A DNA stretch of 64,000 nt from Candidatus Bathyarchaeota archaeon. GTDB taxonomy: Archaea > Thermoproteota > Bathyarchaeia > Bathyarchaeales > Bathycorpusculaceae. Each line of letters begins with the position of its first letter. Positions within the stretch are counted from its first letter, which is position 1. Both the position numbers and the translations under genes were made by a program. The DNA is taken from assembly GCA_963702095.1 (NCBI GenBank), contig OY969706.1, positions 128,001-192,000 on the forward strand, in the 5' to 3' direction. The notes beneath the pieces are model-generated. The model did no database searches, was not told the origin of the DNA, and saw only the letters and a list, made by a program, of their open reading frames with translations. This document shows, one piece after another, positions 1-10,281 of this stretch.

Positions 1-131
1 ATCCGGCATTCGGAAAAGTCGTCTCGGGCATGGATGTTGTCATGGCAATATCTCATGTGGCTGTACAGGATACTACTGACTACAAACCCGTAGAAAACGT
101 TACTTTGATCGGCGCTTCAATAATCTCGTAA
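1..131 (+). CDS. Cyclophilin-type PPIase, 3' end (partial; tandem paralog of the next gene)
   Basis: Frame from nt 3 reads PAFGKVVSGMDVVMAISHV...KPVENVTLIGASIIS*, matching the cyclophilin C-terminus. Confidence 0.85.
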   Translation, partial: PAFGKVVSGMDVVMAISHVAVQDTTDYKPVENVTLIGASIIS

Positions 132-239
132 ACAATTTTCCCTCTTCTTTGTAATGTTGTTAGAAAAAATTGGGCTCTTGACCTTCTGGGCAATAACCAT
201 AAATGGTTCTTTTTAATTCGTGTATGTCGGCGAATATTT

Positions 240-749
240 ATGGTAGAGACAAACCCAACCCAACCCCCAACGGCAGATCCATACGCTAATGGAGTAAAAC
301 TTCTTCTCCACACAAACATGGGCGACATAACCATCCAACTTAGAAACGATATGCCCATAACTACAGAGAACTTCAAAAACTTGGTTCAACAGGGAACTTT
401 CAACGCCACCATATTCCACAGGGTCATCAGCGATTTCATGATTCAAGGCGGCGACCCCACAGGCACCGGTTGCGGCGACCCCTCGATACCTGACATCAAA
501 GACGAATTCACCCGCAAAAACCACAACGACCGCGGCACCATCGCCATGGCAAACGCTGGTCCAAACACTGGAAGCAGCCAATTCTTCATCAACCTAGTAG
601 ACAACAACTATTTAGACAGCAAGCATCCCCAGTTCGGCAAAGTAGTAGCGGGGATGGATGTCGTGGACAAAATCGCCAAAGTCAGAACAGACCCCAGAGA
701 CAAACCACTAAAAGACGTTGTAATAGTTAACGCGTCGATTGTGCCATAA
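240..749 (+). CDS. Cyclophilin-type peptidyl-prolyl cis-trans isomerase
   Basis: FHRVISDFMIQGGDP, IAMANAGPNTGSSQFFIN and FGKVVAGMDVV motifs. Confidence 0.95.
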   Translation: MVETNPTQPPTADPYANGVKLLLHTNMGDITIQLRNDMPITTENFKNLVQQGTFNATIFHRVISDFMIQGGDPTGTGCGDPSIPDIKDEFTRKNHNDRGTIAMANAGPNTGSSQFFINLVDNNYLDSKHPQFGKVVAGMDVVDKIAKVRTDPRDKPLKDVVIVNASIVP

Positions 750-773
750 AAAAGCAAAAAGTGGAAAATCAGG

Positions 774-986
774 TTACTTTTTCTTTTCTTCTTCTGGCTT
801 AGGCTTTGACCCGATTTCTACTACTTGTATGCTTATCTGGTACTTTTTGCCTCCAGCCACCATTTTTCCTGTTCCGTAGTATCCTCGGCTGCCTGTTTTG
901 AAGTCTTTTTTGTCGATAATAAAACTCTGTTTGTCACCGTTTAACTGAATAGTTGCCATGTTTGCTTGTTCACTCACATGAGTCAC
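774..986 (-). CDS. Small basic hypothetical protein
   Basis: 70-aa ORF with protein-like composition (FKTGSRGYYGTGK), convergent with the cyclophilin gene. Confidence 0.7.
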   Translation of the reverse strand: MTHVSEQANMATIQLNGDKQSFIIDKKDFKTGSRGYYGTGKMVAGGKKYQISIQVVEIGSKPKPEEEKKK

Positions 987-1129
987 CTGTCTTGTGTATT
1001 ATCGCAGTAGCTTTTCACCTTTTCGCTCAAAACGCCTATCATATTAACTGGCAAGCCAGAAAATGTGTCACTGCAGCGCTGAACAAAAAAGAGGTGAATT
1101 ATTTCCAGTTTGACTGGTTTTGATGCTCA

Positions 1130-1462
1130 CTAACTTTTCGCTTCTGGGGGAACAAATGCTGGCGCGACAAGCGATTTTTTGCGCCTTATGACTATTCCAG
1201 CGCCTAAAGTGGCGAGTTCAACAGCAAACAACGAACCTAGACCGATCATAGCAGCTATGTTACTCTCTGTTATGGCGTAAATAAATCCGGCGCCGAAAAT
1301 AGCAGCGCCAAAGCCGCCGATTAACAGCAGTATAAGACCGATCAACCGCTTTCTTGTAGGCAGAAAACGCGAAAGCCCTAACCCCACGATAAGAATTGCA
1401 ATTGGAGCAATTAATACAAACAATCCTAATGCAATATCAGATGCCGATGCCGCCATAGCCAT
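1130..1462 (-). CDS. Small membrane protein (about 3 TM)
   Basis: Three hydrophobic segments. Confidence 0.7.
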   Translation of the reverse strand: MAMAASASDIALGLFVLIAPIAILIVGLGLSRFLPTRKRLIGLILLLIGGFGAAIFGAGFIYAITESNIAAMIGLGSLFAVELATLGAGIVIRRKKSLVAPAFVPPEAKS

Positions 1463-1570
1463 CTCCAGCTAGTCACTTAAGCAGTTTAGCTTATTAATTT
1501 TTATTATGACAATTTTAAATAAGCCTTTTAAGAGGCAAAGCGCTAAACAGAAGACCTCTAGGTAGCAGCA

Positions 1571-2575
1571 TTGAAGCACAAACTAACTAAACTACTCATG
1601 CTACTTCTATGTGCATCTACATTATTGATAAGTGTAAAACCTGCGTTTTGCTGGAGTAACGGAGGCTACTCAGATTACCCCGCCAACCCCGATTATGGCA
1701 CTCACGACTGGATTGCCCAACACGCCCTCGACTATCTGCCAGCAGAAGAAAAAAAGTACATAACCGATAATCTTGCTGTTTACCTCTTGGGCACTGAGTT
1801 GCCCGACAACAGCGATGACGCGATAGGCGGAATCGGGGACACCGCCAAACACCACGTCTACTACTCAGCCGCCGAAGCCTTAACCGATGATGCCTCAGCC
1901 CAGAGAGCACAAACCGAGTATGAATTGGCGTTGTCCTATCTAAAAGCTAACGATTTAGTTAATGCCGCAAAAACCGCTGGAACCATGACTCACTACATCG
2001 CCGATTTGGGCGTTTTTGGGCACGTTATGGGTTCTTCGACCGATTGGGGCGCTGAAACTCACCATAGCGACTACGAAAGCTACGTTAACACCCGAACCAA
2101 CGCTTACTCAGACACCTTCAACACCTACCTATCCTACGACGGCAGCTTAACCACCATCACCGCCTACAACGCCACCCTAAACCTGGCGTATGACACTACT
2201 TTTGGCGGAAGTAGCCACCTAAGCTGTGTATGGATGGACACCAACTACAACTGGGGTAACGTACAGTTTAGCGGCAGATGTGGGGAATCCCTGAATTTAG
2301 CAGTTAACGCAGTAGCCGACGTTCTCCATACTCTCTACACACAGGCATCGCCCTCAGCCTCTCAAACCCCCTCCCCAGCACCTACGCCAACCTCTCAATC
2401 AACCAATACGCAATCGCCTACAAACCCGCCGTCAACAACACCCACACAGACTTCTGGGTCGCCGACTTCAACACCTGTGGCCCCAGAGTTTCCAGCAGCC
2501 CAAAACACAGTGGTCGTCATGTTAGCTGTTCTTGTTTTGGGAATCGCCTACAAGAAACAAGCATCAAAACAATAA
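1571..2575 (+). CDS. Secreted Zn-dependent phospholipase C / S1-P1 nuclease family protein with PEF-CTERM-like anchor
   Basis: Signal peptide, mature N-terminal Trp (WSNGG...THDW), HYIAD and HSDYE Zn ligands, S/T/P linker, PEF + TM + KK tail. Confidence 0.8.
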   Translation: MKHKLTKLLMLLLCASTLLISVKPAFCWSNGGYSDYPANPDYGTHDWIAQHALDYLPAEEKKYITDNLAVYLLGTELPDNSDDAIGGIGDTAKHHVYYSAAEALTDDASAQRAQTEYELALSYLKANDLVNAAKTAGTMTHYIADLGVFGHVMGSSTDWGAETHHSDYESYVNTRTNAYSDTFNTYLSYDGSLTTITAYNATLNLAYDTTFGGSSHLSCVWMDTNYNWGNVQFSGRCGESLNLAVNAVADVLHTLYTQASPSASQTPSPAPTPTSQSTNTQSPTNPPSTTPTQTSGSPTSTPVAPEFPAAQNTVVVMLAVLVLGIAYKKQASKQ

Positions 2576-2583
2576 GTCCCAGA

Positions 2584-2838
2584 TTATATTTCCGCCGATT
2601 TGCCTTGTATGCAGTAGTACATTTGATCTAGCGAATACTTACTCCAAACAGGGCACGTGGGACAGGAGCAGCCGGCTTGCTTAGCCTTCTCTGGTGCTTT
2701 GCCTCGGGCGCAGAAAAGAGTGTTGCTTAATCGGCTTTGCTTGTAGGTGGGGCATGTGGGGCACACGCATATTTTCGTGTTTTCTTCGTTGTCAGGAACA
2801 GGGTTACCCAAAACGTCACCAAAACAACTCTTGTCCAT
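2584..2838 (-). CDS. DUF2769-like Cys-rich protein
   Basis: CxCPxCPTY...LFCARGK...CxCPxCPV...YYC pattern. Confidence 0.75.
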   Translation of the reverse strand: MDKSCFGDVLGNPVPDNEENTKICVCPTCPTYKQSRLSNTLFCARGKAPEKAKQAGCSCPTCPVWSKYSLDQMYYCIQGKSAEI

Positions 2839-2959
2839 AAACTAATAGTGTTATGTGACTGCCTAGAGGTCTCTACAAAAAAGAGGCAACTTGTACGTTG
2901 AATGCTTCTTTGACTAAAAATATAAAGATGTCTTTGCGTGTTTTCTTCTTTGGTGTGGA

Positions 2960-3223
2960 ATGATTCTTTCAGCTTTTATTATGGTGCCCGTTCCATCGAG
3001 TCACAGTTGTGTTGTGATATGCCCCAGATGCAACTCCCAAGCAACCTCCGCTGCTAATTACTGCAGTGCCTGTGGGGCAACCCTAAAACCAACGGTGATT
3101 CTCAAGATTTGTCCTCGATGCAGAAACCGAATTGCTGAGTCAGCGAAGTTTTGCCCTGAATGCGGACAAAAACAATTAGATGGCTCAGCCTATTGGATGC
3201 CTTTGTCGCCGTATTTGTTATGA
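2960..3223 (+). CDS. Double zinc-ribbon protein
   Basis: Four CxxC pairs (CPRC, CSAC, CPRC, CPEC); start uncertain. Confidence 0.7.
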   Translation: MILSAFIMVPVPSSHSCVVICPRCNSQATSAANYCSACGATLKPTVILKICPRCRNRIAESAKFCPECGQKQLDGSAYWMPLSPYLL

Positions 3224-3921
3224 TGAGTAAAGTCAGCTATTTCCCGGCGGACCCGCAAACCTTTTGCCGCTGCAACGGGGTAGCCTAATCGGATTGTATA
3301 AGCGATTTTTAGGTGTTCAGGCACGCCCAGAATCTGCTTTAACTCTTTTTCCACAGAGGCAGTTGCAGATAAACTTAAAATTTGTAAGCTAATCCCCAAT
3401 GCCTCAGCGGCTAACCAAATGTTCTCCATAAGGCAACCTAGACTCATGAATCCCAAAACGTCTCCGCCGCTGGCAGGCGCCCTCTTCGTCGGGTCATAGA
3501 ACACCAGCAGGAGTGTGGGGCTGCCCCTGATGTTGTTCGCAAGCGCGATAGGCGCTGATTCTCGGAGTACAAACGGTATTTTGGCTGGGTCAACCCAGTC
3601 AGGCGGAAACCCAGCTGCCAATATTCCAGTTTTCTTTTTCTGCAATTCTTCAGTTGAGAAAGACAACTGCTCATAGTTCTCGCGGAGAAACTCTTCGGAG
3701 ATGCGTGACTTGATTTTAGCCATTTCCCCCAGAACTTCTGAGTCATCGACTATGACGATTTCAAAGTTTTGCATGTTATGCGCTGTAGGTGTCCACCGCG
3801 CTGCCTCAAGTATGTACCTCAGGTCTTCTTTGGAGATTGGCCTGTTGGGATCGAATGGTACACGGTTGGAATGGCGTTCTTTGATAACTTTTAAAACTTC
3901 ACTCATGAGACGACCACACAA
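3190..3921 (-). CDS. Nitroreductase family protein
   Basis: RHSNR...ILEAARWTPTAHNMQNF, ENIWLAAEALGIS, IRLGYP. Confidence 0.9.
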   Translation of the reverse strand: MCGRLMSEVLKVIKERHSNRVPFDPNRPISKEDLRYILEAARWTPTAHNMQNFEIVIVDDSEVLGEMAKIKSRISEEFLRENYEQLSFSTEELQKKKTGILAAGFPPDWVDPAKIPFVLRESAPIALANNIRGSPTLLLVFYDPTKRAPASGGDVLGFMSLGCLMENIWLAAEALGISLQILSLSATASVEKELKQILGVPEHLKIAYTIRLGYPVAAAKGLRVRREIADFTHHNKYGDKGIQ

Positions 3922-3962
3922 ACCTTTAGTGGATGGCTTGGTAAAAACGTGACTGTTTGGAG

Positions 3963-4035
3963 TGCGGTTGCCGGGATTTGAACCCGGGTAGCCAGCTTGG
4001 GAAGCTGGAGTCCTACCGAGCTAGACTACAACCGC
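3963..4035 (-). tRNA. tRNA-Gly(CCC)
   Basis: Reverse complement GCGGTTGTAGTCTAG...CCAGC-TTCCCAA-GCTGG...GGTTCAAATCC...CAACCGCA folds as a cloverleaf. Confidence 0.93.
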
Positions 4036-4129
4036 GCATTCTTAGGAGCTATCAGAAACCTGTTGGGGTTATTTTAGGATTCTGTCACCTTCAATTGTCT
4101 AAGAGTGCCCTCTTTGGCAAAGCTGCTTG

Positions 4130-4245
4130 GGGAATCCGCCACAACCAACCTGCAACTAAAAGGGGTCGCTGACGCCAAAAAACAGCGTCCCTAACAAACC
4201 GTTGCTTGTTGTTGTGTATAGGCGCTTCCCAGCAACAACAACTAA
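4130..4245 (+). repeat. Dispersed repeat module B, copy 1
   Basis: CCACAACCAACCTGCAAC ... TTGTTGTTGTGTATAGGcgcttccCAGCAACAACAAC. Confidence 0.85.
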
Positions 4246-4259
4246 AGAAAAAAGGAGTC

Positions 4260-5114
4260 TTACCTTAGAAGCCTCTCAGCATCAACCGAGTAGCCCAAGC
4301 CAATGAGCTCACGTATAAGCGCATGCCTCCAACTGCCCCGGTCGTCGAGCGCAGTAAATTTTACGCCTTCAAACTCTATTGGAAATGCAAAGTTCGGGCT
4401 CTCCCTATAGAAAGCCAGCACCCTATCCTTCCCAAGTTTACCCAACAGGAAGCCAAACATCAAAATCACGTCTTGGCGTGGAGTGCGTATGCGTTTTGTA
4501 GCTTCTTCCCCCTTTGGGTAAACGTAGATGTCAGGCGAAAGCAAAACCACAGCAAACCCCACATCCTTATAATCTGCAAAGCGTTCCACGATTTTTTTGC
4601 CCTGATTGGGCTCTTCAGCCATAACTACAGCGGCGAGACCGAGTTTTCTTAATGAGCCTATGATGGTTTGCTTCATTGTTTCGTCTGTTCCAGAAACAAC
4701 AATTATCCGTCGCGGCACGCCACTTGGAGTTGAAGCCACCGGTTTAGCTTGCTGGTCAGTCGCTTTGGTTTTTTGGGTTACAGCGACGAATTCTTCGGTG
4801 CACACATAAATGCCTTTGACTTTGCCTTTTAGGATGTTGTCGATGACGTATTTTTTGTCTTTGACGACTATGATATTTTCATGGTTGGGTAGGCGCAGTT
4901 GGTCGGCTGTTTCGTAGGACCAGAAGATTACGATTTTTGTGACTTTGATGGGGTTGAGGAGTCGTCCCATGAACCAGAAGGGTTCGCCGTTGGCAAAGGG
5001 TTCTTGGAATGCCCCCACTAGTTCCGCGTGGGAAACGTTGAAGCGGAAACCTGACTTGTCGGACTCGCTGTATTCGATGTAGATGTGGTATTTGGGCGTT
5101 GGCAATTTAATCAA
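4260..5114 (-). CDS. CAP12/Pycsar-type TIR-like nucleotide-binding domain protein with an unknown N-terminal domain
   Basis: C-terminal IIVVSGTD...FAVVLLSPD...PRQDVILMFGFLLGKLGKDRV resembles PF10137 TIR-like domain. Confidence 0.75.
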   Translation of the reverse strand: MIKLPTPKYHIYIEYSESDKSGFRFNVSHAELVGAFQEPFANGEPFWFMGRLLNPIKVTKIVIFWSYETADQLRLPNHENIIVVKDKKYVIDNILKGKVKGIYVCTEEFVAVTQKTKATDQQAKPVASTPSGVPRRIIVVSGTDETMKQTIIGSLRKLGLAAVVMAEEPNQGKKIVERFADYKDVGFAVVLLSPDIYVYPKGEEATKRIRTPRQDVILMFGFLLGKLGKDRVLAFYRESPNFAFPIEFEGVKFTALDDRGSWRHALIRELIGLGYSVDAERLLR

Positions 5115-5394
5115 AGTCTACTCTGCGTGTTCAATGCACAAAAACGTTGCCCTGCCGCTTTCTGCTAGTGGCGGGCTCCTCAACCAGCCTGCAATCCATA
5201 GCAGACGTGGATGCCAAAAAGAGCAATTCTGCCAAGTCCGCAAGAAGAAGATGAGCAAGGGCGCCCCCTCTTCTTCTTAAACTAGAAAAAACAAACCCCA
5301 AACGGCATCTCCATAAAATAAAGCATCCAACAGGAAACGTAATTGTTATCAGACACCGCCCCACACATAAGCGTGCAAGGAGCAACAGCCTTCA

Positions 5395-6477
5395 ATGCCC
5401 AAAAACTACACCTACACCGACGCAGGCGTCAACCGAGCACAACGCCACGAATCCAAAAAAGCACTCTCAACCCTCAGTGAAACCTACAAGCACATCGGCT
5501 TCGGCGGCATCATGCACCTGCCATACGGCAACATCTTCCCACTCGCAAAGGACACGTTTTTGGACCTCCAAATCGAAGGCGTCGGCACCAAAGTCTTAAT
5601 CGCCCAACTCGCAGACAAATACGACACCATCGGCATAGACGCAGTCGCTATGGTGGTAAACGACGTTATCCGCAGCGGCGCAAAACCGCTTGCCTTAGCA
5701 GACAACATTCACGCGGTAGCCAGCGAACCCTCACTCGTTAACGCCTGGCTCAAAGGCATAATTGAGGGCGCAGAGCAATCCATGTGTCCAGTCGTGAATG
5801 GCGAAACAGGTGACGTAGCCGAAATCATCCGCGGCATCAAGCCCAATTCTGGTTTTGACATGGTTGCCTCCTGCGTGGGCAAAGTGGAGCGCCAAAACAT
5901 CATAACTGGCATGGGCATCAAACCCGGTGACCCCATCATCGGCTTGCCCAGCAGCGGCGTCCACAGCAACGGCATCACGCTTGTCCGCAAGATTCTCTTC
6001 AAGCAATGGGGAGGCAAATACGACGCCACCGACATCCCAGAGGGCTTATACCGCGAAGTGGCACTCGAAGCGTTGGAGCCCACCAAAATCTACGTTAACC
6101 CCCTCCTCAAGTTGACACAGGAAGTCAAGGTTAAGGGTGCGGTCCACATTACAGGCGACGCCTACACCAAGTTCAACAACCTCGCCAACTACTCGGCGGG
6201 CATCGGTTTCTGCTTTGACAATTTCAATCCCCAACCCATCTTCGGCGTGATTCAGCGAACCGCGTCGGAGCTTGGTTACATTATTACCGACGAGGAAATG
6301 TTTCGGACTTTTAACATGGGCTGGGGCTTCGGCATCATCGTGGATAAAGCCGACGTCGACAAAGCCATGGATATCCTTGAGCAGGACAGCGTGCAACCGC
6401 AGGTCATCGGCGAAGTCACAGACAAAGAACGCGTCGTCGAGATAGTGCACGGGAAAAAACGCATGGTTCTGTCGTAG
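5395..6477 (+). CDS. purM: Phosphoribosylformylglycinamidine cyclo-ligase
   Basis: YTDAGVN, EGVGTK, GIDAVAMVVND, SSGVHSNG, HITG, EMFRTFNMG. Confidence 0.95.
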   Translation: MPKNYTYTDAGVNRAQRHESKKALSTLSETYKHIGFGGIMHLPYGNIFPLAKDTFLDLQIEGVGTKVLIAQLADKYDTIGIDAVAMVVNDVIRSGAKPLALADNIHAVASEPSLVNAWLKGIIEGAEQSMCPVVNGETGDVAEIIRGIKPNSGFDMVASCVGKVERQNIITGMGIKPGDPIIGLPSSGVHSNGITLVRKILFKQWGGKYDATDIPEGLYREVALEALEPTKIYVNPLLKLTQEVKVKGAVHITGDAYTKFNNLANYSAGIGFCFDNFNPQPIFGVIQRTASELGYIITDEEMFRTFNMGWGFGIIVDKADVDKAMDILEQDSVQPQVIGEVTDKERVVEIVHGKKRMVLS

Positions 6478-6536
6478 GGTTTTGCATTGTTTGTGACGAA
6501 AGCGTTTAAATCCTTATAGCTTAATTTAAAGGCTTT

Positions 6537-6794
6537 ATGAAATACGCTGCCAAAATTGAAGTCAGCCTCAAACCCGGACACAGCAACCCGGAAGGCGAAA
6601 CCACCCAGCGACTCCTCGTCGAACTCGGCTACAAAGTCGCAGCAGTCGACGTGAGCAAAGTCTACACCGTCGACCTCGAAGCGGCTTCAGCGGCTCAGGC
6701 AAAGGCGAAAGCGGAGGAAATGAGCAAGCGCCTCTTGGCTAACCCAACCAAAGACAACTACACCATAAGTGTCGTTGAGAAGAATGACCGCTAA
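6537..6794 (+). CDS. purS: FGAM synthase subunit PurS
   Basis: LKPG..NPEG...LLANP; operon context. Confidence 0.93.
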   Translation: MKYAAKIEVSLKPGHSNPEGETTQRLLVELGYKVAAVDVSKVYTVDLEAASAAQAKAKAEEMSKRLLANPTKDNYTISVVEKNDR

Positions 6795-9170
6795 ACTCAT
6801 TGTCCAACGCAAGAGTAGCCAAGTTTTAGAGTTCACCATAGCCAAAGCCACACCTGCACAGTTGGCGAAAATCAACAGTGAACTCGCATTGGGCTTTAGC
6901 GCAGAGGAACTATCCGTAATTCAAGCTTACTTCAAAAAAGAAGGACGCAACCCAACCGACGTCGAGTTGCAAACTATCAGCCAAAGCTGGAGTGAACACT
7001 GCTGCCACAAAACCTTCAAAGGCAAAGTAGAACTCGACGGCAAAACCATCAACAGCCTCTTCAAAACCTACCTTGCTAAAGCCACCAAACAAATCAAAGC
7101 GCCATGGTGCTTCAGCGTCTTTGAGGACAACGCTGGCATAGTCAAATTCGACAAAGGCTACGGCATCGCGGCGAAAGTGGAAACCCACAATCACCCCTCA
7201 GCAGTAGAGCCTTTCGGCGGCGCAGCAACAGGCACTGGCGGCGTCATCCGTGACATACTGGGTGTCTGGGCTGACCCCATCGCATGCACCGACGTCTTGG
7301 GCTTCGGACCCCTAGATTACGATTACGCTAAGCTGCCAGCAGGCATTAAGCACCCCAAATACGTCTACATGGGCGTCACCGCAGGCATCAGCGCGTATGG
7401 CAACAACATGGGCATCCCAACCGTCAACGGCGCCATATACTTTGACGAATCCTACACTGGCAACGTCATCGTTTACTGCGGTTGCATCGGGCTCTTACCG
7501 CTCAACAAGTATGTTAAAAACGCCAAAGTCGGCGATGTCATTGTCCTATCAGGCGGCAAAACTGGGCGAGACGGCATCCACGGCGTAACCTTCGCTTCGG
7601 CAGAGCTTACTGAGAAATCGGAGGAAATCTCGCGCCCGCTGTCCAAATCGCCGACCCCATTGAGGAGGAAAAGGTTAAACGGGCAGTTATTGAAATCCGC
7701 GACCGTCAACTTGGCTCAGCCATAACAGACATTGGCGGCGGGGGCCTCTCATCAGCCGTCGGCGAAACCGCGGAACGTTTCGGCTGTGGAGTGGCTGTTG
7801 ACTTGGCTAAAGTGCCCCTGAAATATCAGGGTTTGTCTCCTTGGGAAATTTACATTTCTGAATCGCAGGAGCGCATGCTTATGGCGGTGCCAGAGGAGAA
7901 TTTGGAACAGGTTATGGCAGTTTTTGAGAAAGAGGATGTGTTGGCAACTGCAATTGGCAAACTTATCCCTCAGAGGCGCCTGCAACTCAGCTATAATAGC
8001 GAGTTAGTCTGCGACGTTGACATGGATTTAATTTTTAACCTGTGCGAAAGCACCAAAACCGCATCTATCGAAACATCAAAACTCGTGGACCCCGAGTTTA
8101 AGGAGCCAGTTGACCTAACCCAAACCCTTCTGCAGCTGCTCGGTGCACCAAACATCGCCAGCAAGGAAGCAATCATCCGCACCTACGACCATGAAGTTAA
8201 AGGCAACACACTGCTAAAACCCCTGCAAGGCGACTACGCAGGACCCAACGACGCAGCTGTGCTAAAACCCCTTGATGATTCAATCAAAGGGTTGGTGATT
8301 AGCTGCGGCATGAACCCCAACTACGGCAAAATTGACCCTTACTGGATGGCGGCTTCAGCAATAGATGAGGCAATCCGCAATAACGTCGCTGTCGGCGGCA
8401 GAAGAATCGCACTTCTCGACAACTTCTGCTGGGGCAACCCAGAAAAACCAGAACGACTCGGCTCGCTGGTGCGTGCCTGTGAAGCCTGCTACGACTTCGC
8501 CACCACGTTTAAGGCGCCTTTTATCAGCGGCAAAGACAGCCTCTACAACGAATCCCCCCTCGGACCAGTCACGCCTACCTTGCTCATCACGGCGGTCGGC
8601 ATCAACCCCAACATCGAACACACCATCTCCGTTGACCTCAAAGAAGCCGACAACCCCATCTACATCGTGGGCAAAACTTACCCTGAACTCGGCGGCAGCG
8701 AATACTACAAACTCAAAGGCTACCTCGGCGCATCCGTCCCCGAAGTCCGAGGCGGCAAAGCCAAACGTACCTTCAAAGCAGTAACCAAAGCCATCGACAT
8801 GGGACTGGTGAAATCCTGTCACGACCTCTCTGAGGGCGGGTTGGCAGTGGCTGCGGCAGAAATGGCTTTTGCATCCGGTTTAGGTTTAGAGCTTGACCTT
8901 GAAAAGGTTCCTGGCAAAGACTTGACTCGAAACGACTATGTGTTGTTCTCGGAGTCTAACAGTCGTTTCCTAATAGAAGTCGCCGAAGCAGACAAAAAAG
9001 AATTCGAAAAACTCATGGCTGGTAAGGACTACGCGAAAATCGGCAAAGTAACCAAAGAACCCAAACTGCGTATAGTGGGCTTAGACGGCAAAGCTGTGGT
9101 GGATGCTCCGTTGGATAAGCTGCGGCGCAGCTGGAAGAGGACGCTTAACCCGGAGGAGGCAGAGCAATGA
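6784..9170 (+). CDS. purL: FGAM synthase subunit PurL, split by an apparent 1-nt deletion near 7635
   Basis: WSEHCCHKTF, KVETHNHPSAVEPFGGAATG, TGRDGIHG, SESQERM, GKDSLYN, HDLSEGG; adding one C at cgcccgct restores SRPAVQIADPIEEEK. Confidence 0.92.
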
Positions 9171-9985
9171 ACCTAAACGACATCAAAGTCTGCGTTATGC
9201 GCGTCGGCGGAACCAACTGCGACGCCGAAACCCAACGTGCGTTTACAGAACTCGGCGTCCAAGCGGAGACTTTGCAGGTCAGCGAATTAATCAAACACCA
9301 CAACCTCCTAGACTACAACGTGCTCGTGTTCCCCGGCGGCTTCTCTTACGGCGACTACGTCCGCTCAGGCGTTATTTTCGCAAGGCATTTGACAGCTAAT
9401 TTAGGCAAAGAAATCGAAAAATTCGTCGACGAAGGCCGCCCCATACTTGGCATATGCAACGGCTTCCAAATCCTCGTCGAATACGGTTTGCTGCCTGGAT
9501 TCAAAGGCATAAGCCCCGTTCCCGAAGCCACCTTGACCACTAATGAGCCCTCGGGTTTCAAATGCAAATGGGTCTACCTCAAACAGGAGAACCGCGGCAA
9601 CTGTGCCTTCACCACCGCCATCCTCAACGGCAAAGTTATCAGGCTTCCGATTGCACACGGCGAAGGACGCTTACTGTTTCCCAAAGAAAAGGAAGAAGTT
9701 GTCCTCAAGAAACTCGTTGACGAGGACATGCTGGTGTTTCGCTACTGCACCAAAGACGGCGAAGCAGCAAATGGAGCGTACCCCGCTAACCCCAACGGCA
9801 GCTTCCACGACATCGCAGGCATCTGTAACCCACAAGGCAACATCTTCGGTTTAATGCCCCATCCCGAACGGGCGTTGTACTGGTGGCAGCAGCCTGATTG
9901 GACACGGCAAACGCAGATGTTGCAGTATGGCGACGGCAAACTAATATTCCAAAGCATCATTGACAAACTAACCGGGACCTGTTAG
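9167..9985 (+). CDS. purQ: FGAM synthase glutaminase subunit PurQ
   Basis: PGGFSYGD, GICNGFQIL, AHGEG, NPNGS, MPHPER. Confidence 0.95.
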   Translation: MNLNDIKVCVMRVGGTNCDAETQRAFTELGVQAETLQVSELIKHHNLLDYNVLVFPGGFSYGDYVRSGVIFARHLTANLGKEIEKFVDEGRPILGICNGFQILVEYGLLPGFKGISPVPEATLTTNEPSGFKCKWVYLKQENRGNCAFTTAILNGKVIRLPIAHGEGRLLFPKEKEEVVLKKLVDEDMLVFRYCTKDGEAANGAYPANPNGSFHDIAGICNPQGNIFGLMPHPERALYWWQQPDWTRQTQMLQYGDGKLIFQSIIDKLTGTC

Positions 9986-10049
9986 AAAAGGTTAGCTGTA
10001 CATAATGGAAGCGGAATTTAAGGCGTTTTTAGCCTTTTTAGGTTTTGTT

Positions 10050-10172
10050 TAGTTGTTGTTGCTGGGAACTCCCTATACATAACAACAACCAAGGGCATTT
10101 AATGGCGGCTGTGTTTAATGTTTGGGGTTGGCAGCACGTTGCTGGCTGGTTGTGAACGTTACTACAAGCAGA
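10050..10172 (-). repeat. Dispersed repeat module B, copy 2
   Basis: Reverse complement CACAACCAGCCAGCAAC...AAACACAGCCGCC...GGTTGTTGTTATGTATAGGgagttccCAGCAACAACAAC. Confidence 0.85.
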
Positions 10173-10281
10173 TTCTGAAACTGGAATAGCTGTCCCGCAA
10201 GTGGAAAGGGCAATCAGACGGCGTGGTTGTGGCCTTGTAAACCCGCCTTAAAGAGAAAAGGGAACAGAATAGTCGAAGGTT

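Noticed and set aside
4206-4242. GTTGTTGTTG...CAACAACAAC motif as a CRISPR repeat
   Set aside because: Copies are single, kilobases apart and in both orientations, with no regular spacers and no cas genes.
7620-7800. Split purL as programmed frameshift or true pseudogene
   Set aside because: One missing base in a short C run restores the frame. Similar isolated indels hit several unrelated genes (near 28393, 32940, 47537, 50030, 50605), which is typical of long-read consensus errors.
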